The notes under the pieces: generated by a model | Told to the model about the DNA's origin: nothing | What the model saw: the letters and a program-made list of their open reading frames with translations, nothing else | Databases searched by the model: none | In this document: one piece after another, positions 26,098-33,174 of the stretch | How the letters are laid out: the number at the start of each line of letters is the position of its first letter | Position numbering within the stretch: the first letter of the stretch is position 1 | IMG/VR virus record: IMGVR_UViG_3300032288_000426 | Location: 1-53,845 of that record | DNA from: a virus | Taxonomy: Duplodnaviria > Caudoviricetes | Strand: one strand, 5' to 3' | DNA length: 53,845 nucleotides | Translations under genes and position numbers: made by a program

Positions 26098-26422
26098 CCC
26101 ATTCTCCGCTTTCGCTATCGATTATCAAATCACCACAAACGGTGATCACCCTTCCTGCTGCCGCCCGTCTTAAAGCATCGTGCAGCTTCTTTGCAACTTT
26201 GTAATCACTGCACCCAGATACATGAACCGTAAGACCCACCACAAACCGCAGATCCAGTACCTCCGGGTTCTCGGTCGGCAGGATCTCGATCTCCGGGTAA
26301 GGCAGGGTGTCTAACGCCAGATGCCAAGTCATGCAGTCAGGAGACCGTCTGTGGCTTATCCAGACGCCCTGTGGGCGCTTTTTTTCGCGCCGGAGGGTCA
26401 GGAGTGCTTGATGACCCCTCAT
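26078..26422 (-). CDS. Hypothetical replication-associated protein
   Basis: LDLRFVVGLTVHV; lies between initiator and helicase. Confidence 0.65.
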   Translation of the reverse strand: MRGHQALLTLRREKKRPQGVWISHRRSPDCMTWHLALDTLPYPEIEILPTENPEVLDLRFVVGLTVHVSGCSDYKVAKKLHDALRRAAAGRVITVCGDLIIDSESGEWDGYVPE

Positions 26423-27087
26423 GCGCCTGTAGCCCGCTTTGGAGCCCAGTCGGGTACTGCTGTCGGTTTGGCGGCAGCTTTAGTTCCACCACCAGCCTTT
26501 TCGTTACGAACCCAGTTTCGCCACGTTGCATCCCAGTCAAGCTTTACGCCCTTCGTGCCGGGCTGCGCAATCCAGAAGTCTCTAAAGCGGTCAGCAACCG
26601 CCTTTGGGTTTAGGTCAGGCCGCTCCGTTTTGCAAAACGCTGTTTGGTCTTCCGCCGGAACCCAGTCAGCAGGCAGTCGAGTTCCACGAGACTGCTTTGG
26701 TTTTGCCTCTACATTGGTTATTGGTTCTTGGTTATTGGTTGGTTGAACGTCCGTTGAACGGGCGTTGCTCCTGCGTTGAGCGGATGCCTTACCGGCTCTT
26801 GATGCTTGTTGTTTTTTAGCTTGGAAATGCTCAATTTCCCGATCCGCCCGACGGCTGACCCAGCCATCATCCGTGAGCTCAAAGAACTCCTCAAGCACCG
26901 CTTTTACTTCAGTTTCATGGTCACGCATGTTGATCTGACGAGCAACGGACGTTACACCGGCGTTCAACGGGCGCTCTTGCAAATAGTACGCATCAAGAAG
27001 CCTGCGGTATGCAAGATCCTCAAGCAAATTTAAATGTCTGGTATGGCTGGCGTAGTCGCCAATGTTGAATTGGTAATAATGCATCAT
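26419..27087 (-). CDS. Replication initiator (YdaU/DUF1376-like)
   Basis: MHYYQFNIGDYASHTRHL...AYRRLLDAYY; C-terminal RLPADW...FRDFW...DWDATWRNWVR. Confidence 0.8.
   Translation of the reverse strand: MMHYYQFNIGDYASHTRHLNLLEDLAYRRLLDAYYLQERPLNAGVTSVARQINMRDHETEVKAVLEEFFELTDDGWVSRRADREIEHFQAKKQQASRAGKASAQRRSNARSTDVQPTNNQEPITNVEAKPKQSRGTRLPADWVPAEDQTAFCKTERPDLNPKAVADRFRDFWIAQPGTKGVKLDWDATWRNWVRNEKAGGGTKAAAKPTAVPDWAPKRATGA
26714..26782. repeat. Candidate replication origin (iterons inside the initiator gene)
   Basis: TTGGTT(A/C) x4 with 7-bp period (26714-26740); GTTG-starting units at 26742, 26753, 26764 and 26775 (11-bp period, GTTGAACG consensus). Confidence 0.5.
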
Positions 27088-27120
27088 AGCCTCACGTTAT
27101 TGGCTCGTTACAAAATAGGT

Positions 27121-27176
27121 GGGACGCAGCAGGCCGGTAACGAATCGGCTTTTCAGGAGCTACCCTAGCTGTTCCC
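27121..27176 (-). ncRNA. C4-like antisense RNA
   Basis: Three-stem fold GGGAACAGC/GCUGCGUCCC, AGG-GUAGCU-CCU, GCCG-AUUCGUUAC-CGGC. The loop is complementary to GUAACGA and UAACG upstream of the initiator RBS. Promoter TTGCGT-18-TATGAT lies upstream. Confidence 0.65.
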
Positions 27177-27186
27177 GTTAATCATA

Positions 27187-27387
27187 CTAGCCGAAAATGT
27201 CGGCACGCAAGGCTTTTCTGCTGACCTTGCCTTTTGTCATGCCGCTAATCGCCACAGCCAGTGCTGGGCTTGGCAACTCCTTGCCAGAGACGATCAACGA
27301 CAACCACGTTTTGCTAATGTTCAGGGCACGAGCCATAGCGGCCTTAGATCCCCGTGGCTGGGAAGAAAAGTATTCTTGTAGAGTCAT
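27187..27387 (-). CDS. Cro/YdaS-like HTH regulator
   Basis: Start MTLQEYF; KAAMARALNISKTWLSLIVSG...LAVAISGMTKGKVSRKALRADIF. Confidence 0.8.
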   Translation of the reverse strand: MTLQEYFSSQPRGSKAAMARALNISKTWLSLIVSGKELPSPALAVAISGMTKGKVSRKALRADIFG

Positions 27388-27404
27388 AGTGAATCCTTGT
27401 TGAA

Positions 27405-27480
27405 TGCCCAATTACACCACGATAAAAAAAATTGCGCAAGAACTTGTAATGCACAATTAAATGTTGTATTGTGTGAATAC
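27405..27480. promoter_or_regulatory. Divergent promoters with a palindromic operator
   Basis: Leftward TTGCGC-17-TGTAAT with extended TG; rightward TTGTAA-17-TATTGT; CACAAT-N10-ATTGTG at 27452-27473. Confidence 0.55.
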
Positions 27481-27499
27481 TTAACTGGAGGTTACACAA

Positions 27500-27727
27500 A
27501 TGGAAGACGGCGAAAAGAAAATCACCCCATACCGCACTTCGACAGGAATCATGATCGGGCAGTTCTATGAGCGACGCCAACCCATGGAGTACACGCGTGA
27601 CATGGGGTTGATACAGGTTGCTCTGATCAGTGATCAAAACTTTTTGCGCAAGTTCTGGCTCAAGAATGTGGCTTACGTTGTAAGCGTTGTAGTCGCTATT
27701 GTGTCTCTTGCCATCTTTACAAAATGA
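27500..27727 (+). CDS. Hypothetical membrane-anchored protein
   Basis: RBS GGAGG; TPYRTSTGIMIG motif; C-terminal TM. Confidence 0.7.
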   Translation: MEDGEKKITPYRTSTGIMIGQFYERRQPMEYTRDMGLIQVALISDQNFLRKFWLKNVAYVVSVVVAIVSLAIFTK

Positions 27728-27822
27728 TGACGTTCGGCATCCTTCTGATAGGCGCTGGTCTTTGCCTGCTGGTGATTGCCATATCACTGGGCATCTACCT
27801 GATGATGGGAGATGAGGAATGA
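27724..27822 (+). CDS. Small TM peptide (not in the ORF track)
   Basis: MMTFGILLIGAGLCLLVIAISLGIYLMMGDEE; ATGA overlaps at both ends. Confidence 0.5.
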   Translation: MMTFGILLIGAGLCLLVIAISLGIYLMMGDEE

Positions 27823-28001
27823 AGCCGCCTGAAATCATAGCCGTCGCCTTTTACATAGCCATAGCCATGTTCACTCTGTACTACGGCAGCAGGGTCATGT
27901 TGGAAGAGCCAAAGCTACCTTGTGGGGTGGCAGAGATCAGCCCTGACTTTGACAGCAAGCACAGGGAGCAGTGCAGACAGATGAGGGGGCATAAGTTATG
28001 A
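27819..28001 (+). CDS. Small membrane protein (C-x-VAEISPDF...C motif)
   Basis: N-terminal TM and a Cys pair. Confidence 0.65.
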   Translation: MKPPEIIAVAFYIAIAMFTLYYGSRVMLEEPKLPCGVAEISPDFDSKHREQCRQMRGHKL

Positions 28002-28168
28002 ATGACAACGAAAAAATACAGCACGATGACTTTACGGCTTTACTGAGAGATGTACTGGAAACCAATCACGCCATAGTCAAACAAAATGCGCTGATCGTGC
28101 AGGCGCTGACAATGCCGCGACTTTTAGTAAAAGCTGATCCTGTATATAGCCCTTGGGATAAGTTATGA
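27998..28168 (+). CDS. Hypothetical protein (not in the ORF track)
   Basis: MNDNEKIQHDD...PWDKL; ATGA-coupled. Confidence 0.55.
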   Translation: MNDNEKIQHDDFTALLRDVLETNHAIVKQNALIVQALTMPRLLVKADPVYSPWDKL

Positions 28169-28404
28169 ACGAGATTGCTTTGTATAACTTGACGTTTGCC
28201 TTGCCTACCTGTGCGGTATGTAACAAGCCGGTGGAAAAGATGGACTCCATGTACCTGCCAGAGTATGACGGCAAGCTGTTTCGGGCGCACTGCCACGGAA
28301 AGACAGAGGATTACATTCTTGGCTCTTACACGATGCTGGATGCCACAGAGATTACGTTTGGCAAAGCGTTTACTGCGCCGCAATTAACAAGAGATGCGCC
28401 ATGA
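28165..28404 (+). CDS. Hypothetical Zn-binding protein
   Basis: PTCAVCNKPV...AHCHG. Confidence 0.6.
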   Translation: MNEIALYNLTFALPTCAVCNKPVEKMDSMYLPEYDGKLFRAHCHGKTEDYILGSYTMLDATEITFGKAFTAPQLTRDAP

Positions 28405-28583
28405 CTGCTATCGGATTTTCCATGTTTATTACTGGTTGGCTATTGGTCAGAACCTATGGCTCACCTTATGAAAGCACCGAAACATACAATCTTGCCGACT
28501 GGGTTGGATTGCTTATGGTGATGATTGGCTTTGTTCTTGCAAACATTGGCGTATTTATAAAGCTATGGGAGTTCATGCCATGA
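28401..28583 (+). CDS. Small 2-TM protein
   Basis: Two hydrophobic segments; ATGA-coupled. Confidence 0.55.
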   Translation: MTAIGFSMFITGWLLVRTYGSPYESTETYNLADWVGLLMVMIGFVLANIGVFIKLWEFMP

Positions 28584-28882
28584 CTGACAAACAACCCGAA
28601 GCACTGCGGCTGGCTGATAGATTGGAAGCGGATGCTCAAGGTTTAAACCTTGGCGCTGAAGGTATGGGCTGGGAGCCAAGCGCAAACAATATGCACGATG
28701 CAGCGACCGAACTACGCCGCTTGCATGAGGTGAATGCTGAGTTGGTGGAGGCGCTGAAGTTGGCGCGAGAAGAAGCCGTTGGTTGGTATGACGATTCGCG
28801 TGGGTTTGATGCTAAACGTCCTCCAGCATGGCTAAAACCGATTGATGACGCCATTGCCAAAGCTACAGGAGAACAACAATGA
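28580..28882 (+). CDS. Hypothetical protein (PEALRLAD...ELRRLHEVN...AIAKATGE)
   Basis: Start MTDKQ by ATGA overlap. Confidence 0.65.
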   Translation: MTDKQPEALRLADRLEADAQGLNLGAEGMGWEPSANNMHDAATELRRLHEVNAELVEALKLAREEAVGWYDDSRGFDAKRPPAWLKPIDDAIAKATGEQQ

Positions 28883-29040
28883 AGCTAAAACCGATTGATG
28901 GGCACAAATACTTTGTCCATCGGTACAAGTGGACGCATGAGGCTAAGCGCAAACAGTTTCTTCGTGCATTCAAGGAAGGCAAAGCAGTGTTGATACAAAG
29001 CACGAGAGATGGGTGGCTATATCAATGGGGTCAACAATGA
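28879..29040 (+). CDS. Small basic protein (not in the ORF track)
   Basis: MKLKPIDGHKYFVHRY...YQWGQQ; RBS AGGAG. Confidence 0.55.
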   Translation: MKLKPIDGHKYFVHRYKWTHEAKRKQFLRAFKEGKAVLIQSTRDGWLYQWGQQ

Positions 29041-29228
29041 CCATCACACTAACACGCGAGGAAGCGCAACAGGTGCTGGATGCGTTGGACAAGGTTTTTG
29101 ACCATAACGCTTGGGACTGTTGGCAAACAGCAGTTGATTTGCTCCGCGACCGACTCGCGCAGCCTGAACAAGAAATCGACATGAAGAAGTACCTTGCAAG
29201 CCCTAATCCTTGGAAGTTAATGCCATGA
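29037..29228 (+). CDS. Hypothetical protein (ITLTREEAQQVLDAL)
   Basis: N-terminus paralogous to 29536..29901. Confidence 0.6.
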   Translation: MTITLTREEAQQVLDALDKVFDHNAWDCWQTAVDLLRDRLAQPEQEIDMKKYLASPNPWKLMP

Positions 29229-29539
29229 CTGACCGAGAACTAATGCGACAGGCGGTGGTTGCGCTGGATTTAGCAATGCTGCATGGGGAATATCCGCAAG
29301 ACGCTGGCATATTCCGCGAAATAAGTAATGCGGCTAACGCCCTTAGCGCCCGACTCGCGCAGGAGACACCTTATGAAATAGGCCAGCGCCTGTACCAAGA
29401 AGGCAAAGGCATCTCTGACATACCGACTGCGGTTTATTCCGATAGGGATATTGCTGATGCCTTGCATGGGTATGAAACAGCCAGACGCGCTTTATACGAC
29501 ATGAACAAAGCAGCAGAACAGAATGGGGAGGAGTTGTGA
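29225..29539 (+). CDS. Hypothetical protein (MTDRELMRQA...ARLAQ)
   Basis: ATGA-coupled. Confidence 0.6.
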   Translation: MTDRELMRQAVVALDLAMLHGEYPQDAGIFREISNAANALSARLAQETPYEIGQRLYQEGKGISDIPTAVYSDRDIADALHGYETARRALYDMNKAAEQNGEEL

Positions 29540-29901
29540 TTACCTTGACCAAAGAGGAAGCGCAGCAAGTGCTGGATGCCATGACAAGAATTAGATGGGC
29601 GGCAGGTGAGCGCGATAAGAAGAACCGAGTTCGTGATTTTGATGAAGCAATGGATGTCTCTGGTGAAGCAATCGAAACCCTCCGCGCCCGACTTAGCGCA
29701 CCTGAACCGGAGCCGGTGGCTGACAAGTATCTAATGGAAGTTGAATGCACAAAGTGCGGTGCAAAGCAGGATGGCATCTTGACCGTCAACGCCCCACCAC
29801 AGCGCGAATGGCAGGGGCTGACGGATGAAGAAGCCGCTGAACTTTGCCATGCGCCTATTGCAGTTATCGAAGCCAAACTAAAGGATAAGAACAGTGGATG
29901 A
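29536..29901 (+). CDS. Hypothetical mosaic protein
   Basis: ITLTKEEAQQVLDAM...RARLSAPE...CTKC...EWQGLTDEE...IEAKLKDKN. Confidence 0.6.
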   Translation: MITLTKEEAQQVLDAMTRIRWAAGERDKKNRVRDFDEAMDVSGEAIETLRARLSAPEPEPVADKYLMEVECTKCGAKQDGILTVNAPPQREWQGLTDEEAAELCHAPIAVIEAKLKDKNSG

Positions 29902-30187
29902 CAAAGAACTGATGCAAGGCGCATATATAAAAGCACCATCCCGCTCCTACACGTTGTGGGAAAACACTATGTGCAATCCTCTTGGAGATATGAGAACACA
30001 GACGCAGAGTGCTTGGCATGACGGATACGCCAGTGCGAAAGTGGAAAAAGAATGGTATGGGCTGACGGATGAGGAAGCAGCAGAAGTTGAACGGTGGGTT
30101 GAGTTTAAAGAAGAAGGAAGCGGTCGCATACCAACCGGCAAACTAATCCGCTACATCGAAGCCAAGCTCCGGGAGAAGAACGCATGA
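29894..30187 (+). CDS. Hypothetical mosaic protein
   Basis: EWYGLTDEEAAE...IEAKLREKN. Confidence 0.6.
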   Translation: MDDKELMQGAYIKAPSRSYTLWENTMCNPLGDMRTQTQSAWHDGYASAKVEKEWYGLTDEEAAEVERWVEFKEEGSGRIPTGKLIRYIEAKLREKNA

Positions 30188-30369
30188 CTGACGCCGAATA
30201 CCAGCAGATGATGCTTGAGCGCCAGCACATACTTGAACAAGCGTTTGACAACGCATACAAAGGTTTTGCCACCGAAGAAGACTGGGCGATTCTTCGATCT
30301 GAATGTGGTCTACCCGCCCTGAAGCGAAAGGAAAATCATGTCTTTAATAGCGAAAGCAGAGTCCAATAA
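30184..30369 (+). CDS. Hypothetical protein
   Basis: YQQMMLERQ...DWAILRSECGL. Confidence 0.6.
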   Translation: MTDAEYQQMMLERQHILEQAFDNAYKGFATEEDWAILRSECGLPALKRKENHVFNSESRVQ

Positions 30370-30970
30370 CTCTTCATTCACACCAGTCCCTCCGGGGATG
30401 CACCTTGCCCGTTGCTTCCGCATTGTTGATCTTGGCACGCAAAAGTCCACCTACATGGGTAAGGATAAGTTCCTGCGCAAGATCTTGGTGCAGTTTGAGA
30501 TCCACTCAGAAGACGCACAAGGCAACCCTCTGCTGACTGAGAAGGGTGAGCCACTGTCAATCTCAAAACGCTACACCCTGTCCCTTGGTGAGAAGGCTAC
30601 CCTGTCTCAGGATCTTGAGTCATGGCGTGGGTCGGCATTCACCGCAGACGAACGCAAAGGCTTCAACCTTGAGAAGCTTTTAGGCGTCTGGGCCATGCTG
30701 AACATCACAAAGAGCGTGGGTGCCGACAACAAGGAATACACCAACATTGAGACCATCAATCCGGTGCCTGCGCAGATTAAGAAGGCTGGCCTGCCTGACC
30801 CTCATAACGAGACCATGCTCTACAGCATTGAGAAGAGTGACGAGGATACCTTCAACAAGCTATCTGAGGGTGTACGCAAGACCATTGCAAACAGCCCTGA
30901 GTATCAAGCCCGAAACAAGAACGCCCCATATGACGATGGCTTTGGCGACGATCCCAACGAACCATTCTAA
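30338..30970 (+). CDS. Putative single-stranded DNA-binding protein (OB-like, acidic tail)
   Basis: FTPVPPGMHLARCFRIVDLGTQ...; C-terminal DDGFGDDPNEPF typical of SSB tails. Confidence 0.65.
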   Translation: MSLIAKAESNNSSFTPVPPGMHLARCFRIVDLGTQKSTYMGKDKFLRKILVQFEIHSEDAQGNPLLTEKGEPLSISKRYTLSLGEKATLSQDLESWRGSAFTADERKGFNLEKLLGVWAMLNITKSVGADNKEYTNIETINPVPAQIKKAGLPDPHNETMLYSIEKSDEDTFNKLSEGVRKTIANSPEYQARNKNAPYDDGFGDDPNEPF

Positions 30971-30980
30971 GGAGAAGTAA

Positions 30981-31193
30981 ATGTACCTAGCGCATCCGCT
31001 GCTGGATTTTTTGAAGAAGGAATACGGGCTGAAGAATGACGCAGCTTTGGCGAAGGCGCTAGGTATCAAGCCTCCGACCATCAGTAAGATCCGTGCCAAC
31101 AGAAACGTTGTCAGCGCGGAGATGAAGATCATCATCCACAAGAAAACCGGGATGTCGATTGAAGACATTGAAAGCTTTTTGGGGGAGAAATGA
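30981..31193 (+). CDS. XRE-family HTH regulator
   Basis: LKNDAALAKALGIKPPTISKIR. Confidence 0.8.
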   Translation: MYLAHPLLDFLKKEYGLKNDAALAKALGIKPPTISKIRANRNVVSAEMKIIIHKKTGMSIEDIESFLGEK

Positions 31194-31492
31194 CCGTTAC
31201 TTCGACTTCGATAGAAGCCTACATCGAGCATAAAGATACCGGGAAGCTGGGGAAACAAGCGTCAGCAGTTCTTGAACGAATGTCCCCAGCCAAAGACTAC
31301 TCAAGGCGGGAGCTTGCAAGTTTGACCGGGTTTGATCTGTCTGCAATCTGCGGGCGGGTCAACGAGCTTCTAGCCCTTGGGATGCTAGAAGAACTGTCGC
31401 CCCGTAAGTGCTCAATCACAGGCAAGAACATCCATCCAATAAAACTTAGGACACCACATGTCACTCATAGCGAAACAGGTTCACTCTTCTGA
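31190..31492 (+). CDS. Winged-helix DNA-binding protein
   Basis: TSIEAY...SRRELASLTG...ICGRVNEL...RKCSITGK. Confidence 0.7.
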   Translation: MTVTSTSIEAYIEHKDTGKLGKQASAVLERMSPAKDYSRRELASLTGFDLSAICGRVNELLALGMLEELSPRKCSITGKNIHPIKLRTPHVTHSETGSLF

Positions 31493-32231
31493 AAGTACAC
31501 ACTGGTACACCCGAGAGGGGGAACCAATGTACACAGTGCCATCAAAGAAAGATGGCTCACCACGGAACACCACCCTGCGGGACGCCAGAGAGCTCAACCT
31601 GATCCCTAGCGTCACCACCATCCTGAATGTGGCCGCAAAGCCGGGGCTAACCGCTTGGCTGCAGGAACAGGCCATTCTGGCAGCCTTGACCCTTCCACGG
31701 GACGAGGATGAGCCAGAGTCAGTATGGCTAAAGCGGGTGGTACAGGACTCCAAACAGCAGGGCAAAGATGCCGCAGATAAGGGCACAGAGATCCATGAGG
31801 CCATCCAGAGCTATTACGAGGGCAAGAAGGAGTCCAGATACCCGTTCCATGTCTCAGCCTGCGTCAACCTGATTAAGAGCCACTACGGCGATCTGAACTG
31901 GATTGCTGAACGATCCTTCGGCCATGAGCTTGGGTTTGGCGGTAAGTGTGACATGCACACCACAGACGCAGGCGGAATCGTGGTGGACATCAAAACCAAA
32001 GAGTTCACAGACGCATCCAAGCCCCTATGGTACGACGAGCACCTGCTCCAGCTTGCTGCCTACCGGGTAGGGCTAGGGATGCCGGAAGCCCGGTGCGCAA
32101 ACGTCTTTGTGTCCCGTAATGACCCTGAGTTAGCTGTAATAAAAGAGTGGGAAGAGGATGATCTGAAGCGCGGCTGGGAGATGTTTACGCACCTTCTGGC
32201 GTACTGGCAACTTAAAAATCAACACGAATGA
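31458..32231 (+). CDS. PD-(D/E)XK (Cas4/RecB-like) exonuclease
   Basis: IPSVTTIL, GTEIH, FGGKCD...VVDIKT, QLAAY. Confidence 0.85.
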   Translation: MSLIAKQVHSSESTHWYTREGEPMYTVPSKKDGSPRNTTLRDARELNLIPSVTTILNVAAKPGLTAWLQEQAILAALTLPRDEDEPESVWLKRVVQDSKQQGKDAADKGTEIHEAIQSYYEGKKESRYPFHVSACVNLIKSHYGDLNWIAERSFGHELGFGGKCDMHTTDAGGIVVDIKTKEFTDASKPLWYDEHLLQLAAYRVGLGMPEARCANVFVSRNDPELAVIKEWEEDDLKRGWEMFTHLLAYWQLKNQHE

Positions 32232-32244
32232 AAGGGGTACTGAC

Positions 32245-32613
32245 ATGTTAGAGATACAAAAATCTGTTTTGACCAAAGCCATGAAACTGCTCAACTCCAT
32301 TAAAGTTGAATACGCCATCTTGGCAGACGGAGAAAAGTACGGGACGTTAGAAGTTGCTGGCAAGAAGAGAACAGTCGGCAAGAGAGCCTTTGCTGTCAAA
32401 TATGGAAGAAACGTTGTCTTAAATTATGTAAAGCCTTACATAGACAACCTCAAGGTTGGTGAAATCATACAAATACCTTTGGGCGAATATGACCTTGATG
32501 CAATCGCTGCCACATCAGCTTCTCATGCGCACAAAGTGTTTGGCACTGGCGGCCATACAAGCAGAAAAGACAAAAAGAACAATACCTTTTCAATTATGCG
32601 ATTGGAGGTTTAA
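32245..32613 (+). CDS. Hypothetical protein
   Basis: 122 aa, in-operon. Confidence 0.65.
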   Translation: MLEIQKSVLTKAMKLLNSIKVEYAILADGEKYGTLEVAGKKRTVGKRAFAVKYGRNVVLNYVKPYIDNLKVGEIIQIPLGEYDLDAIAATSASHAHKVFGTGGHTSRKDKKNNTFSIMRLEV

Positions 32614-32847
32614 ATGAAAGCATTTCCAAATACACCATTTAGTGATGCAGGTAGACAGCAAGACACCGGCATGGACTTACGAGATTACTTCGCGGCTAAG
32701 GCAATGCAGGCAAAATTGACACGCGAGATTCCTGCTCAAGTGATAAAACATGTTGTAAGTGGCAAGACGATAGCAGAATGGATGGCGAATCAGGCTTATG
32801 TAATGGCAGACGCAATGATGAAAGAAAGGGAAAAGACAGGTGAGTAA
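32614..32847 (+). CDS. Conserved small phage protein (AFP...GMDLRDYFAAKAMQ...AYVMADAMM)
   Basis: Recognisable widespread phage motif; RBS GGAGG. Confidence 0.75.
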   Translation: MKAFPNTPFSDAGRQQDTGMDLRDYFAAKAMQAKLTREIPAQVIKHVVSGKTIAEWMANQAYVMADAMMKEREKTGE

Positions 32848-33091
32848 AGAACTGCGCGAAGAAGCACAGAAGTTCGTCAACGAAGACATCATCAAGCAGG
32901 TGTTCTTCCAATGTGGCAACACCATGCCAAACGGGATGTACGTTGATGAGATTGAGCTAATTGAATACTCAGAGAAGCTTATCCTTGTGGTCGGCAAAGA
33001 CATTGCCAAAGCTGAACGTGAGGAGATTCTGAAGATTCTGGATAACGTCAACCCAGAGGTTGCCAAGCTCATCAGAGAACGCAGGGGTTAA
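32840..33091 (+). CDS. Hypothetical protein
   Basis: Last gene of the plus-strand operon. Confidence 0.65.
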   Translation: MSKELREEAQKFVNEDIIKQVFFQCGNTMPNGMYVDEIELIEYSEKLILVVGKDIAKAEREEILKILDNVNPEVAKLIRERRG

Positions 33092-33122
33092 AAAAACCCC
33101 CGAGGAAGGGGAGCTCGGGGGG
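33090..33122 (-). terminator. Intrinsic terminator at the convergence of the two operons
   Basis: CCCCCGAG...CTCGGGGG followed by T7 on the minus strand; a second hairpin CCACCCG...CGGGTGG at ~33141-33166. Confidence 0.65.
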
Positions 33123-33174
33123 CATCCACCAAGGATGAAACCACCCGTCGTTGCAAGTCGGGTGGCACTACAGA

